This document shows positions 1 through 7,556 of a DNA stretch of 64,000 nucleotides, one piece after another; position 1 is the first letter of the stretch, and each line of letters opens with the position of its first letter. The notes beneath the pieces are model-generated. The model ran no database searches. It worked only from the letters and a program-made list of their open reading frames with translations, and was not told where the DNA came from. This DNA comes from Prochlorococcaceae cyanobacterium (lineage in GTDB: Bacteria > Cyanobacteriota > Cyanobacteriia > PCC-6307 > Cyanobiaceae). The stretch is taken from NCBI GenBank assembly GCA_049317465.1, contig JBMOIF010000001.1:20158-84157 (forward strand), in the 5' to 3' direction. A program made the translations under genes and the position numbers.

Positions 1-586
1 GTTTCCCGTCGAGCCGAGGCATCTGCTGCTGATCACCCGCGGCTGGGCGCCTCAGGGTGGCTGGCTCGACCACCGCGACTGGGAGGCGGTGGCGTCGTTG
101 ATGGCCCAGGTCCGGGGTCTGTGGTTCTTCAACAGCGGTCCTGATGCCGGCGCCAGTCAGCCCCATCGGCATCTGCAGCTGCTGCCCCGCGATGCCGATC
201 AGCCGCTCTGCCCCCTGGAGCAGGGCTTCCGGCTCATCGCCGACGGCGGTGCTGGTCCCTGGCCCTGGCGCCTGGGCCTGCGAGCACTTCCTGACGCCGA
301 CGATGGCCAGCGGGCGGCGATCCTGGCGGAGACCTATCGGCAGCTCTGCGAAGCCCAGGGGCTGGGCCGCCCCGACGACGACCCGAGACCCAGGCAACCC
401 CATAACCTCCTGTTCGGCCGCGAGTGGATGGCCGTGGTGCCGCGCGTGCTGGAGGGCAGCCGTGGCTTCAGCCTCAATGCCCTCGGTTTCGCCGGTTATC
501 TCCTGGCCACGGAGGATTCGGATCTCGACTGGCTGCGCAGCCAGGGACCGCTGCCGCTACTGCGCGCCGCGGCGATCGCGGTCTGA
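1..586 (+). CDS. ATP adenylyltransferase / Ap4A phosphorylase II-like protein (HIT superfamily, GalT branch); 5' end cut by window edge
   Basis: Frame 2 is open from base 2 (FPVEPRHLLLITRGW...) and continues into ORF 89..586. Contains GASQPHRHLQLLP, an HxHxQ histidine-triad variant. Confidence 0.65.
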   Translation, partial: FPVEPRHLLLITRGWAPQGGWLDHRDWEAVASLMAQVRGLWFFNSGPDAGASQPHRHLQLLPRDADQPLCPLEQGFRLIADGGAGPWPWRLGLRALPDADDGQRAAILAETYRQLCEAQGLGRPDDDPRPRQPHNLLFGREWMAVVPRVLEGSRGFSLNALGFAGYLLATEDSDLDWLRSQGPLPLLRAAAIAV

Positions 587-659
587 CCCCGTCGGTTCCG
601 TGGTTCCACGGATGCGGCGCCCTGGCCACCTGCGCTGGGCTGAAGAGGTCCGCTGGCCC

Positions 660-1271
660 ATGACCTTGAGACCGACCACCCAACCTGCGAACCCCACGAC
701 CTGCCGGCGTCGTTCCTCACCCCTGTCCCCCTTTGAGCCCCTCATCGACCGCATCGCCGGCCGGTACGCCCGCCTGCAACGGGCCGACCGCGAGGATCTG
801 CGGCAAGTGGGCTATCTGGGGCTGCTGCGGGGACTTAACAACCGCGGTGACCGCTCCGGAGGCCATCTGGAGGCCTTTCTGGTTCTCCACATCCGCGGCG
901 CGATGCTGCACTACCTGCGCGACACGGCCGATCCGGTGCGCCTGCCCCGCCGGCTCCGCCAGAGCCAGGACTGGCGGGCCTGGAGTCTGCGCCTGCGCCC
1001 CCTGGATGCGCTCGCCGAGCACCAGCTGCCCGCCGATCCCCGCGGTGAAGGCTGGACGACCCTGCTGCGGCAGGAGCGCCGCCAGCAGGTGCGACAGGCC
1101 CTGGCGAGCCTGGATCCGCTCGAGCGTCACTGTGTGGAGCAGGTGCTGCTCGCCGGCCGCAGCCTGCGACAGGTGGGCCGGCTGGAGGGGGTGAGCGCCA
1201 TGACCGTCCAGCGACGGCTGCGGCGAGCTCTGGAGCACCTCAGACCCCAGCTGGCGCCGCTCAGCGCCTGA
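660..1271 (+). CDS. Sigma-70 family alternative sigma factor (group 3 / SigF-like)
   Basis: This is the C-terminal part of ORF 144..1271. Region 2-like segment: DLRQVGYLGLLRGLNN...FLVLHIRGAMLHYLRD. Region 4 HTH: LDPLERHCVEQVLLAGRSLRQVGRLEGVSAMTVQRRLRRALEHL. The ATG at 660 avoids overlap with the upstream gene. The start is uncertain; an alternative ATG is at 612. Confidence 0.75.
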   Translation: MTLRPTTQPANPTTCRRRSSPLSPFEPLIDRIAGRYARLQRADREDLRQVGYLGLLRGLNNRGDRSGGHLEAFLVLHIRGAMLHYLRDTADPVRLPRRLRQSQDWRAWSLRLRPLDALAEHQLPADPRGEGWTTLLRQERRQQVRQALASLDPLERHCVEQVLLAGRSLRQVGRLEGVSAMTVQRRLRRALEHLRPQLAPLSA

Positions 1272-1282
1272 GAGCCTCAGGC

Positions 1283-1471
1283 TCAGTCGTGGCTGGTGCC
1301 GTCGCGTTCCATCTGTCGCTCCAGGGTGGCGATGGCTGCGTCGATGGCCGCCAGCTGCCGTTCGAGGGCATCACGCCAGCCGCGGAGCATCATCCGCTTC
1401 CGCCGCTGGCGGCGGGCCTTGAGGTCCTGGGTGGTGCCTTCGACACCGAGGCAGTCAGGGAAGGGAAACAT
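1283..1471 (-). CDS. Small hypothetical protein, Arg-rich N-terminal half plus coiled-coil-like C-terminal half
   Basis: 62-aa ORF that exactly fills the gap between the sigma gene and the next gene. ARRQRRKRMMLRGW is followed by ALERQLAAIDAAIATLERQMERD. No family recognised. Confidence 0.4.
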   Translation of the reverse strand: MFPFPDCLGVEGTTQDLKARRQRRKRMMLRGWRDALERQLAAIDAAIATLERQMERDGTSHD

Positions 1472-1668
1472 GGGAAAATGTGCCGGACCGGCGCCGTTCT
1501 AGCGAATGGCACGGTCTGTCAGTTGCCCCTTGCACCATCACCGTGAGACATCCGGAACGCAGGGGAACCGCAGACTCTCATTACGGTCTGACCGAAAGAA
1601 ATTCCAGGCCTCCTCGCCTTCCGTCCCAGATCAGACCCATCACGGGAGGAGTCGGTCCAGCGGGTCCC

Positions 1669-3276
1669 ATGCGTCATCTTCTGCCCGTCCTGCTCGGCCT
1701 GGCGACCGCCCAGGTCCTCTGCCCGGCCGTGCAGGCCCAGGTCGCCCTGATGGCCGGGCGGGCCGCCCAGCCGCTCCAGGGGCGGTTCAACAACGTCCCC
1801 GTTCTCCATTCCAACCAGCCTGAGGAGGTCTGGGGCCCGGGGATCCTGGTGAGCACCACCCCGGGTTCGGCGCTGGCCGAGACCGGCGAGACCCTCGCCA
1901 ACGCCACTTACACCTTCAATGGTGAGTTCGGCCTCCATGCCCACCACAAGTACGCCCCCTCGGATGCCCGACGGCTGGGGGTTCCCGGTGGTCGTCGCGG
2001 ACAGCTGACCCTGGCCGTGATCGCCATCAACCCTGGCGACCGTGAGGTCACCCTGCGCTTTGAGCAGGGTGCCGTCAAGAACAGCTTCGAGGCCCCCTAC
2101 CTCTCCACCAATCTGATGGGGGTGATCCCCCAGGGGCGGCGGCCCTGGAACACCGGCCCCGGGGCCGCCACCGCGGTGCAGATGCTGCGGGGCAGCCTTG
2201 ACCGCAACATGCCCGAGACCGTGCGCATTCCTGCCCGCTCCCGGGTCGTGGTCGTGAGCACCGATCTGCCAGCCCGTGGCATTGCCAATGCCCTGCTCAA
2301 GGGGCGCAGCGACGGTCCCTTCCAGATGGCGGTGGTCGCAGCCGAGGATCCCAGTGGTCCTGACGACATGCTGCGGGTGCTCGACGGGGGGCGTCTGGCC
2401 CCGGGCCGCACCTACCTGGCCCGCCTGGATGAGATCCGCGATCGCAGGGTGTTTGCCCGTGTCGCCGGTGTCGCCATCGGTGACGCCTACCAGGCCAGCC
2501 TGCGCCACGACCTGAAGGCCGGCGCGCTTCATGTGCCCCTCACCACCACCACCCGCCACAACTTCGGCACCAACGAGGTCCAGGTCAACGAACTGGCAAC
2601 CCGTATGGTCGACTCGTCCCTCGACAACGTCGGGACCTACGGCGTGCGTTTCGACGTCGACCTGCAGCTCAGGGGTGAGGGCACCTACGACCTGGTGTTC
2701 AGCCATCCGACCCTCACGGGCCGTCAGTTCACGGCCTATCGGGGCACCATCGGCGTGACTACTCCCCGCGGTTACGAAGAACTGCACGTGGGCCTGCGCT
2801 CGGGACAGAGCCTGTCGTTGAGCACCCTCAACCTGCAACCCGGTGTGGTGACGCCGGTGCGCGTCAGCCTTGTGTACCCGGCCGATGCCACCCCTGGCCA
2901 TCTGCTCAGCGTGGTTCCCGCCCAGCAGCTGTTGGCCCTGCGGCAGCAGGAGCAGCTCCAGGCCGAGGCCCGTGAGGCCATGGCCCGCCAGGCTCCCCCA
3001 CCGATCAGCGCTCCGCCGCAGCCTTCGGCACCCGCCGGAGTCGCCCAGGGCTTCACCGACACTCCCGCGCCGACACCCGTCCGCCCCCGTCCCACCAGCT
3101 CCCGCCCCGTCCAGCGTCCGGTGCTCAACAAGACCGTGCCGACCTCCCGCCCGACGGCCCGGCCTCCCCAGGCGCCCCCGCCGGTGCTGCCGTCCTCCGG
3201 CTGGCCGCCGACCGCTCCGGCGATGATCGATCCCTCCCGTCCCTATCAGTTGATGCGCAACTGGTTCGGTCGATAG
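1669..3276 (+). CDS. Secreted hypothetical protein (possibly the cyanobacterial DUF3370 family) with a Pro-rich C-terminal tail
   Basis: An internal ATG at 1669 gives the signal peptide MRHLLPVLLGLATAQVLCPAVQAQ. A long non-repetitive body ends in a P/A/S-rich tail (APPPISAPPQPSAPAG...PPQAPPPVLPSSGWPP). The family assignment is from memory only. Confidence 0.7.
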   Translation: MRHLLPVLLGLATAQVLCPAVQAQVALMAGRAAQPLQGRFNNVPVLHSNQPEEVWGPGILVSTTPGSALAETGETLANATYTFNGEFGLHAHHKYAPSDARRLGVPGGRRGQLTLAVIAINPGDREVTLRFEQGAVKNSFEAPYLSTNLMGVIPQGRRPWNTGPGAATAVQMLRGSLDRNMPETVRIPARSRVVVVSTDLPARGIANALLKGRSDGPFQMAVVAAEDPSGPDDMLRVLDGGRLAPGRTYLARLDEIRDRRVFARVAGVAIGDAYQASLRHDLKAGALHVPLTTTTRHNFGTNEVQVNELATRMVDSSLDNVGTYGVRFDVDLQLRGEGTYDLVFSHPTLTGRQFTAYRGTIGVTTPRGYEELHVGLRSGQSLSLSTLNLQPGVVTPVRVSLVYPADATPGHLLSVVPAQQLLALRQQEQLQAEAREAMARQAPPPISAPPQPSAPAGVAQGFTDTPAPTPVRPRPTSSRPVQRPVLNKTVPTSRPTARPPQAPPPVLPSSGWPPTAPAMIDPSRPYQLMRNWFGR

Positions 3277-3302
3277 GCTCCCTGCGCTCCTCCGACATCA
3301 CC

Positions 3303-4325
3303 GTGGCCAAAGGCAGTGATCAGGGTCGCCGGATTTCGGTGGAGCTCAGTGATGCGGTGCTGACCCGCATCGACGCCCTCAAGCGTGCCTGGGGTCATCG
3401 CTCGCGGGGACCGGTCGTCGAGCAGCTGTTGCTCATGGTCCTGACCCAGGAGGGGGATCGCCTGGATGGCGATGGCATCGAGCCCGACACCGGCGACACC
3501 GCCCTGCCTCTGGAGGTGCCCCCGGAGGCCTCGGCTCTGGTGGCTGTGAGCATCGCCGCCCTCGAGGCCCCCGTGCCGACGGCCGAGGCCGGTGTCGATG
3601 AGGATCCCCCCTGGCCAGCCGAGGCCGCCGCCAGCCGTTCAGGCGGGGGGATCGATCTCCCCGGTTTCGTGCGGCGGCGCAGCCGCGAGGTGCGCCAGAC
3701 CCTGGCGGTGGAGGAGCCCGATGCCCTGGCCGGGGAGCGGCCGGCTGTGATCAGCGCCGATCAGCTCCAGACCTGTCTTGCTGCCGTCCAGGACCACTGG
3801 CTCGAGCTTTACGGGCAGACACCGCAGCAGGCGGTGGTGGATGGCGCCGTGCAGTGGTTGTCGCAGGACATCTGGCCCGCTGCAGAGGCCAGCGGCGGTC
3901 AGCCCTTCCACTGGGGCGCCCTCGAAAGGATCCTTGAGGGACTCGCGCCGGCCTGGACCAGTGGCCCCCCCAGCCTCGAGCGGGTGCTGGTGGCCGCAGG
4001 TCTGCTGGAGGATCCCTTCGGTGCCGCCACGCTCCGCCTGCGGATCCCGTCCCTGGTCGGTCGTCTGGTGCAACGCCTGCGCCGTCGTCGCAAGGGGTCG
4101 CCGTTTCTCGATCTGGGGTCCACCCTCACGATCCAGGGTTCCCTGCGCTTGCTCCAGCTGCCCACCGATCCCGAGCATGTGCTCACGTTGCATCAGATCC
4201 GCGAGGCTTACCGCCAGTTGGCCCTGGCGCACCACCCAGACACCGGCGGTGATCCGGAAGCCATGCGTCGCCTCAACGAGGCCTACCAGCTGCTCAAGCA
4301 ACGGGTGCTGTCCCGAATCCGCTGA
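3303..4325 (+). CDS. J-domain (DnaJ-like) protein with a ribbon-helix-helix-like N-terminus
   Basis: C-terminus: HQIREAYRQLALAHHPDTGGDPEAMRRLNEAYQLLKQRV, with the HPD motif. N-terminus: RRISVELSDAVLTRIDALKRAWGHRSRGPVVEQLLLMV, which fits a CopG/Arc strand-helix-helix pattern. GTG start. Confidence 0.75.
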   Translation: MAKGSDQGRRISVELSDAVLTRIDALKRAWGHRSRGPVVEQLLLMVLTQEGDRLDGDGIEPDTGDTALPLEVPPEASALVAVSIAALEAPVPTAEAGVDEDPPWPAEAAASRSGGGIDLPGFVRRRSREVRQTLAVEEPDALAGERPAVISADQLQTCLAAVQDHWLELYGQTPQQAVVDGAVQWLSQDIWPAAEASGGQPFHWGALERILEGLAPAWTSGPPSLERVLVAAGLLEDPFGAATLRLRIPSLVGRLVQRLRRRRKGSPFLDLGSTLTIQGSLRLLQLPTDPEHVLTLHQIREAYRQLALAHHPDTGGDPEAMRRLNEAYQLLKQRVLSRIR

Positions 4326-4616
4326 CGGACGGCCCCACAACCCACGCCCGCGCATCTCGCCTGAGACGCACGACAAGTCCAATTCTGGTTCTTGTTGACG
4401 ACACACTGGACCCTTCGCGATATCGGTGCGCCGGGTCCATCCCGGCGCTGTCTGTCGATCCCGTCTGGGACCGGCCCTGGGTCCTAGACCTGGTTGCACA
4501 CAAGACTGTCGATCTCTTCAGAATCGTTGATTCTGGTGTGCGCGACTGAGCAGATCACCGGCGCAGGTTTCCGCGCCATGCATCATCGATCGCTCGTCAT
4601 TTCATCGCCCCGGCCC

Positions 4617-4659
4617 TGTCCAGGTCCCTGTCCAGCCCTCTGGACACAGCCGCTGGACA
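4617..4659. other. Composite nested hairpin: TGTCCAG x2 paired with CTGGACA x2
   Basis: TGTCCAG at 4617-4623 and 4629-4635, loop CCCT, then CTGGACA at 4640-4646 and 4653-4659. This gives two stacked 7-bp helices separated by a 5/6-nt internal loop. Confidence 0.6.
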
Positions 4660-4708
4660 TGGGCTCAACCCAGTCACAACAAAGGCTGAAGGCCGGCTAG
4701 CTCCAATG

Positions 4709-4735
4709 GCGTACCTGTGTGTGCCACAGGTACGC
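4709..4735. other. Perfect 11-bp stem / 5-nt loop hairpin in a gene-free region
   Basis: GCGTACCTGTG (4709-4719), loop TGTGC, then CACAGGTACGC (4725-4735). No U-tract follows on either strand. Confidence 0.6.
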
Positions 4736-4916
4736 AAGTCCGGTCGGCGCCAAATCGGCGCAGCCAAGGGCCCCGAGGGATCTGCCTGCATGCGGAATCT
4801 CCGTGGCCCAGTAACCCGCTCGACGGGAGGGTCCCAGAGATGAATCATGCTGTCCAGGCCGTCCCAGGCAGGACGCTCACCTGGGCCAGTCCATGGTCCA
4901 GGCTGAGACGATTGGG

Positions 4917-5450
4917 TCAGTCTGTGATCTTCACTGCGGCCCCGATGTCGACCATGTCGAACATCTGACGCACGTGTTCATTCAGCATGCGAACGCACCC
5001 GTTGGTCACGGGCAGCCGCCTGACCACCCAGAACGGCCATGGGGTGCCGTGGATCCCGAACTGATCTCGGTCCTTTTTCAGAAATCCGACCCAGCGCTCC
5101 CCCAGGGGGGATTCCTGGCCCCGCTTGGGACTCACCACATCGGTGTGGGTGCTGCGGTAGATGGGATTGATGACTTTGTTGATGACACTGAACGTGCCTT
5201 TGGGTGTCGGAGATTCCTTGGCGCCGATGGCGACCGGCCATGGACCTCCAACCACCTTGCCGTTATCCACAACCTTGATCTGCCGCTGCCCCAGGGAGAG
5301 AAGCAGCGTGGCTGTTGGAGAGATCTTGCGCAGATTCTGGTCCTGGCCAGGGGCTGCCGGCGCCGTCGCGGGGCTGCTCAACGCAGGCGGAACAGCCGGC
5401 AGGGCCGGTGGATCAGAGACCTGGGCAAGCAGGGGCCAGAGAAGCAGCAC
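4917..5450 (-). CDS. L,D-transpeptidase (YkuD domain)
   Basis: Sequence GTFSVINKVINPIYRS...FGIHGTPWPFWVVRRLPVTNGCVRMLNEHV contains the catalytic H...C(V)R motif. ORF 4917..5648 would overlap apcD, so I chose the in-frame GTG at 5450 (LLLWPLLAQ signal-like). The start is uncertain. Confidence 0.8.
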   Translation of the reverse strand: MLLLWPLLAQVSDPPALPAVPPALSSPATAPAAPGQDQNLRKISPTATLLLSLGQRQIKVVDNGKVVGGPWPVAIGAKESPTPKGTFSVINKVINPIYRSTHTDVVSPKRGQESPLGERWVGFLKKDRDQFGIHGTPWPFWVVRRLPVTNGCVRMLNEHVRQMFDMVDIGAAVKITD

Positions 5451-5492
5451 GGGTGCTGAATCAACTGGAGAAATTTTAACCGGCAGACTTGT

Positions 5493-5515
5493 CCTGGACC
5501 CGCGATGGGACCAGG
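5493..5515 (-). terminator. Candidate stem-loop downstream of apcD
   Basis: CCTGGACCC-GCGAT-GGGACCAGG gives 5+3 bp with one A/A mismatch, about 30 nt after the apcD stop. An A/T-rich stretch lies further downstream on the minus strand. Confidence 0.25.
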
Positions 5516-5545
5516 GGATAGTCTGGCCCTGGACGGGTGAGACGC

Positions 5546-6040
5546 TCAGGTGCTCGTCTGCATTCCCTGGATCAGAAAGTCGAAGTACGGCGACAGAAGG
5601 GCGGCATCCTCGGGGGCGACGAGGTCGATGGAGGCCTCCTTCAGGCACCGCATCGATTCGACCATCCCCGGCATCGGAACGCCGAGGCTGTTGTACATCT
5701 CCCGGGCCCCCACCAGACCGGTGGTCTCGATGAAGGCGGTGCTGCCCGCCAGCACGGCGTAGCTGACCAAGCGCAGATACCAGGAGAAGTCACGCAGACA
5801 CTGGGCCCGCTGTTTCTGCCCGTAGGCATTCCCACCGGGGGCCACGTACTCGGGACGACGGCTGAAGAGAACCTTCGCCGACTGATCGACGATCTTCCGC
5901 TCGTTCTCCGTCAGGATCCTGGCGATGCGGATGCGCTGGGCACCGCCGCTGAGGAAGTCGGCCATGCTGCGCAGCTCACCGCTGCTTGGATACCGCAGCT
6001 CATCGTCTGCGACGAGAATCAGATCGCGAACAACGCTCAT
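5546..6040 (-). CDS. apcD: Allophycocyanin alpha-B subunit
   Basis: MSVVRDLILVADDELRYPSSGELRSMADFL...NAYGQKQRAQCLRDFSWYLRLVSYAVLAG...GAREMYNSLGVPMPGMVE closely resembles ApcD sequences I recall, including the bilin-binding Cys context. Confidence 0.92.
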   Translation of the reverse strand: MSVVRDLILVADDELRYPSSGELRSMADFLSGGAQRIRIARILTENERKIVDQSAKVLFSRRPEYVAPGGNAYGQKQRAQCLRDFSWYLRLVSYAVLAGSTAFIETTGLVGAREMYNSLGVPMPGMVESMRCLKEASIDLVAPEDAALLSPYFDFLIQGMQTST

Positions 6041-6146
6041 GGCAGTCCCGGAGCCTGAGGCAGTTTAAGGACCGGGCGGCGACACCCTCCTGTCCTGACG
6101 GCGTTTCGCCGTGAGCTGTAACGCGACGGGCTTCTAGGGTGCAGAA

Positions 6147-7556
6147 GTGACCCGTACCGCCGGCCCCCCTTCCCCGACCCCGGAGCCTTCCGAGGCTGTT
6201 CTTGAGCTGGAGATCCGTGATCTCAGCCTCGAGGGCGACGGCATCGCCGGCGCCCCGGAGGGGGCTGCGCCCCCTGCCCTGCCGGTCCTGGTTCCCGGTG
6301 CTCTTCCGGGGGAACGGGTTCGGGCCTCGATCGCCGGCGAGGGGCAGCGCTTCCGCCATGGCCAGTTGCAGGCTCTGCTCGTACCCAGTGCCGACCGTCG
6401 CCAGCCCCCCTGTCCGGTGGCCGGGACCTGCGGCGGATGCAGCCTGCAGCACTGGGCCGATGGCGCCCAGGCGGCCTGGAAGGAGCAGCAGCTGCGGCGG
6501 ACCCTCCAGCGGGTGGGCGGTCTGGCTCCCCCTGTGCGTCCGATCCTGGCGGCGGCCACAACCCTGGCCTATCGCAACCGGGCGATCCTGCCCCTGCGCC
6601 GGGAGCAGGGGCGGATCCGTGCGGGTTTCTACCGCCGGGGCAGCCATGAGCTGGTGCCTGTGGAGCGCTGCCCGGTGCTCGATGAGCGCATCGATCGTCT
6701 GATCGAACCCCTCTGCCGCGACCTGTCGGACGGGGGCTGGTCCACCTACGACGAAGCGACCGGCGAGGGTGTCCTGCGCCATCTGGTCCTGCGGGTGGGG
6801 CACCACAGCGGTGATCTGCTCGTCGGTCTGATCGCCGCCAGCGACGCCCTGCCGGGTCTCGACGACCTCGCCGGCGCCTGGATGGAACGCTGGCCCGAGG
6901 TGGTCGGGGTTGTGCTCAATCTTCAGCCCAGGCCCACCAACGTCCTGTTCGGTCCCACGGAACGTCTCCTGGCCGGTCGCCCCTGGTTGCTCGACCGCTT
7001 CGGTGGCTGCACCGTTCCTGTTGCCCTGGACACGTTTCACCAGGTGCACACCCCCCAGGCGGAACGGCTGTTGCCCTTGCTGCGGGAAGCCCTCGACCTT
7101 CAACCCGGTGACAGGCTGCTGGACGCCTACTGCGGCAGCGCCAGCCTGAGCCTCCCCCTGCTGACCCCGGGGGTTGACCTCGTCGGTTTCGAGCGCCACC
7201 GCACCAGTGTCGAACTGGCAGGTCTGGCCGCCCAGCTCAATGGCCTTGAGGGCGTGAAGATCCTCGTCGGCCCCGTGGAGCGGCTGCTGCCCGAGTGGCT
7301 GCCAGACAGCCGCTGCCTGCTGCTCGACCCCCCCCGCAAGGGCCTCGAGGCGGCGGTGCGTGCGGCCATCCTCGAGGATCCACCGGAGCGCCTGGCCTAC
7401 GTCAGCTGCAACCCGGCCACCCTGGCCCGCGACCTGGCCCAGCTCACCGCCGATGGCCGGTTGACGCTGGACTGGGTCCAGCCGCTTGACTTCTTCCCCC
7501 AGACCACCCACTGCGAGGCGGTGGCCTGTCTGGTCAGGAGCGGAGATCAGCGCTGA
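6147..7556 (+). CDS. rlmD: 23S rRNA (uracil-C5)-methyltransferase, RlmD/RumA family
   Basis: TRAM-like N-terminus, Fe-S Cys cluster (CPVAGTCGGCSLQHW ... CPVL), SAM-MTase core (LLDAYCGSASLSL) and C-terminal YVSCNPATLARD / FPQTTHCE motifs. GTG start. Confidence 0.82.
   Translation: MTRTAGPPSPTPEPSEAVLELEIRDLSLEGDGIAGAPEGAAPPALPVLVPGALPGERVRASIAGEGQRFRHGQLQALLVPSADRRQPPCPVAGTCGGCSLQHWADGAQAAWKEQQLRRTLQRVGGLAPPVRPILAAATTLAYRNRAILPLRREQGRIRAGFYRRGSHELVPVERCPVLDERIDRLIEPLCRDLSDGGWSTYDEATGEGVLRHLVLRVGHHSGDLLVGLIAASDALPGLDDLAGAWMERWPEVVGVVLNLQPRPTNVLFGPTERLLAGRPWLLDRFGGCTVPVALDTFHQVHTPQAERLLPLLREALDLQPGDRLLDAYCGSASLSLPLLTPGVDLVGFERHRTSVELAGLAAQLNGLEGVKILVGPVERLLPEWLPDSRCLLLDPPRKGLEAAVRAAILEDPPERLAYVSCNPATLARDLAQLTADGRLTLDWVQPLDFFPQTTHCEAVACLVRSGDQR

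Noticed and set aside
144-659. N-terminal 172 codons of ORF 144..1271, which would extend the sigma factor to 375 aa.
   Set aside because: This part overlaps the well-supported HIT-family gene in another frame and translates to Cys/Arg/Pro-rich junk. The sigma-factor homology begins only after about 700.
1519-2901. Long antisense or off-frame ORFs. Examples are 1519..2901(-), 6000..7511(-), 7486..8736(+), 10411..12264(-), 12593..14356(+), 14334..15956(-), 28207..29676(-), 31626..33137(+), 47203..49176(+), 48951..51041(-), 51442..53550(+), 56783..58180(+) and 60055..61425(+).
   Set aside because: Each lies opposite or out of frame to a gene with clear family motifs. Their translations are Arg/Gly/Pro/Ala-rich low-complexity sequence typical of shadow ORFs in GC-rich DNA, and none shows a recognisable motif.
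3303-3440. RHH-like N-terminus as the antitoxin of a toxin-antitoxin pair.
   Set aside because: It is part of a 340-aa J-domain protein and no small toxin ORF is adjacent.
4326-4916. Known structured RNAs in the orphan spacer: RNase P RNA, tmRNA, 6S, SRP RNA or a cobalamin riboswitch.
   Set aside because: I looked for hallmark strings. These were the RNase P P4 GAGGAAAGUCCGGGC, a tmRNA tag ORF ending in ...AA-stop, the SRP GGAA/AGCA loop and the B12 box. Only a weak AAGTCCGG at about 4735 turned up, which is not enough to name any family.
4597-4968. ORFs 4494..4700(+), 4597..4848(-) and 4717..4968(+) as protein-coding genes.
   Set aside because: They have no motifs and an odd composition. 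They overlap each other, the hairpins and the 3' end of the transpeptidase gene. They are kept only as part of the sRNA-candidate finding.
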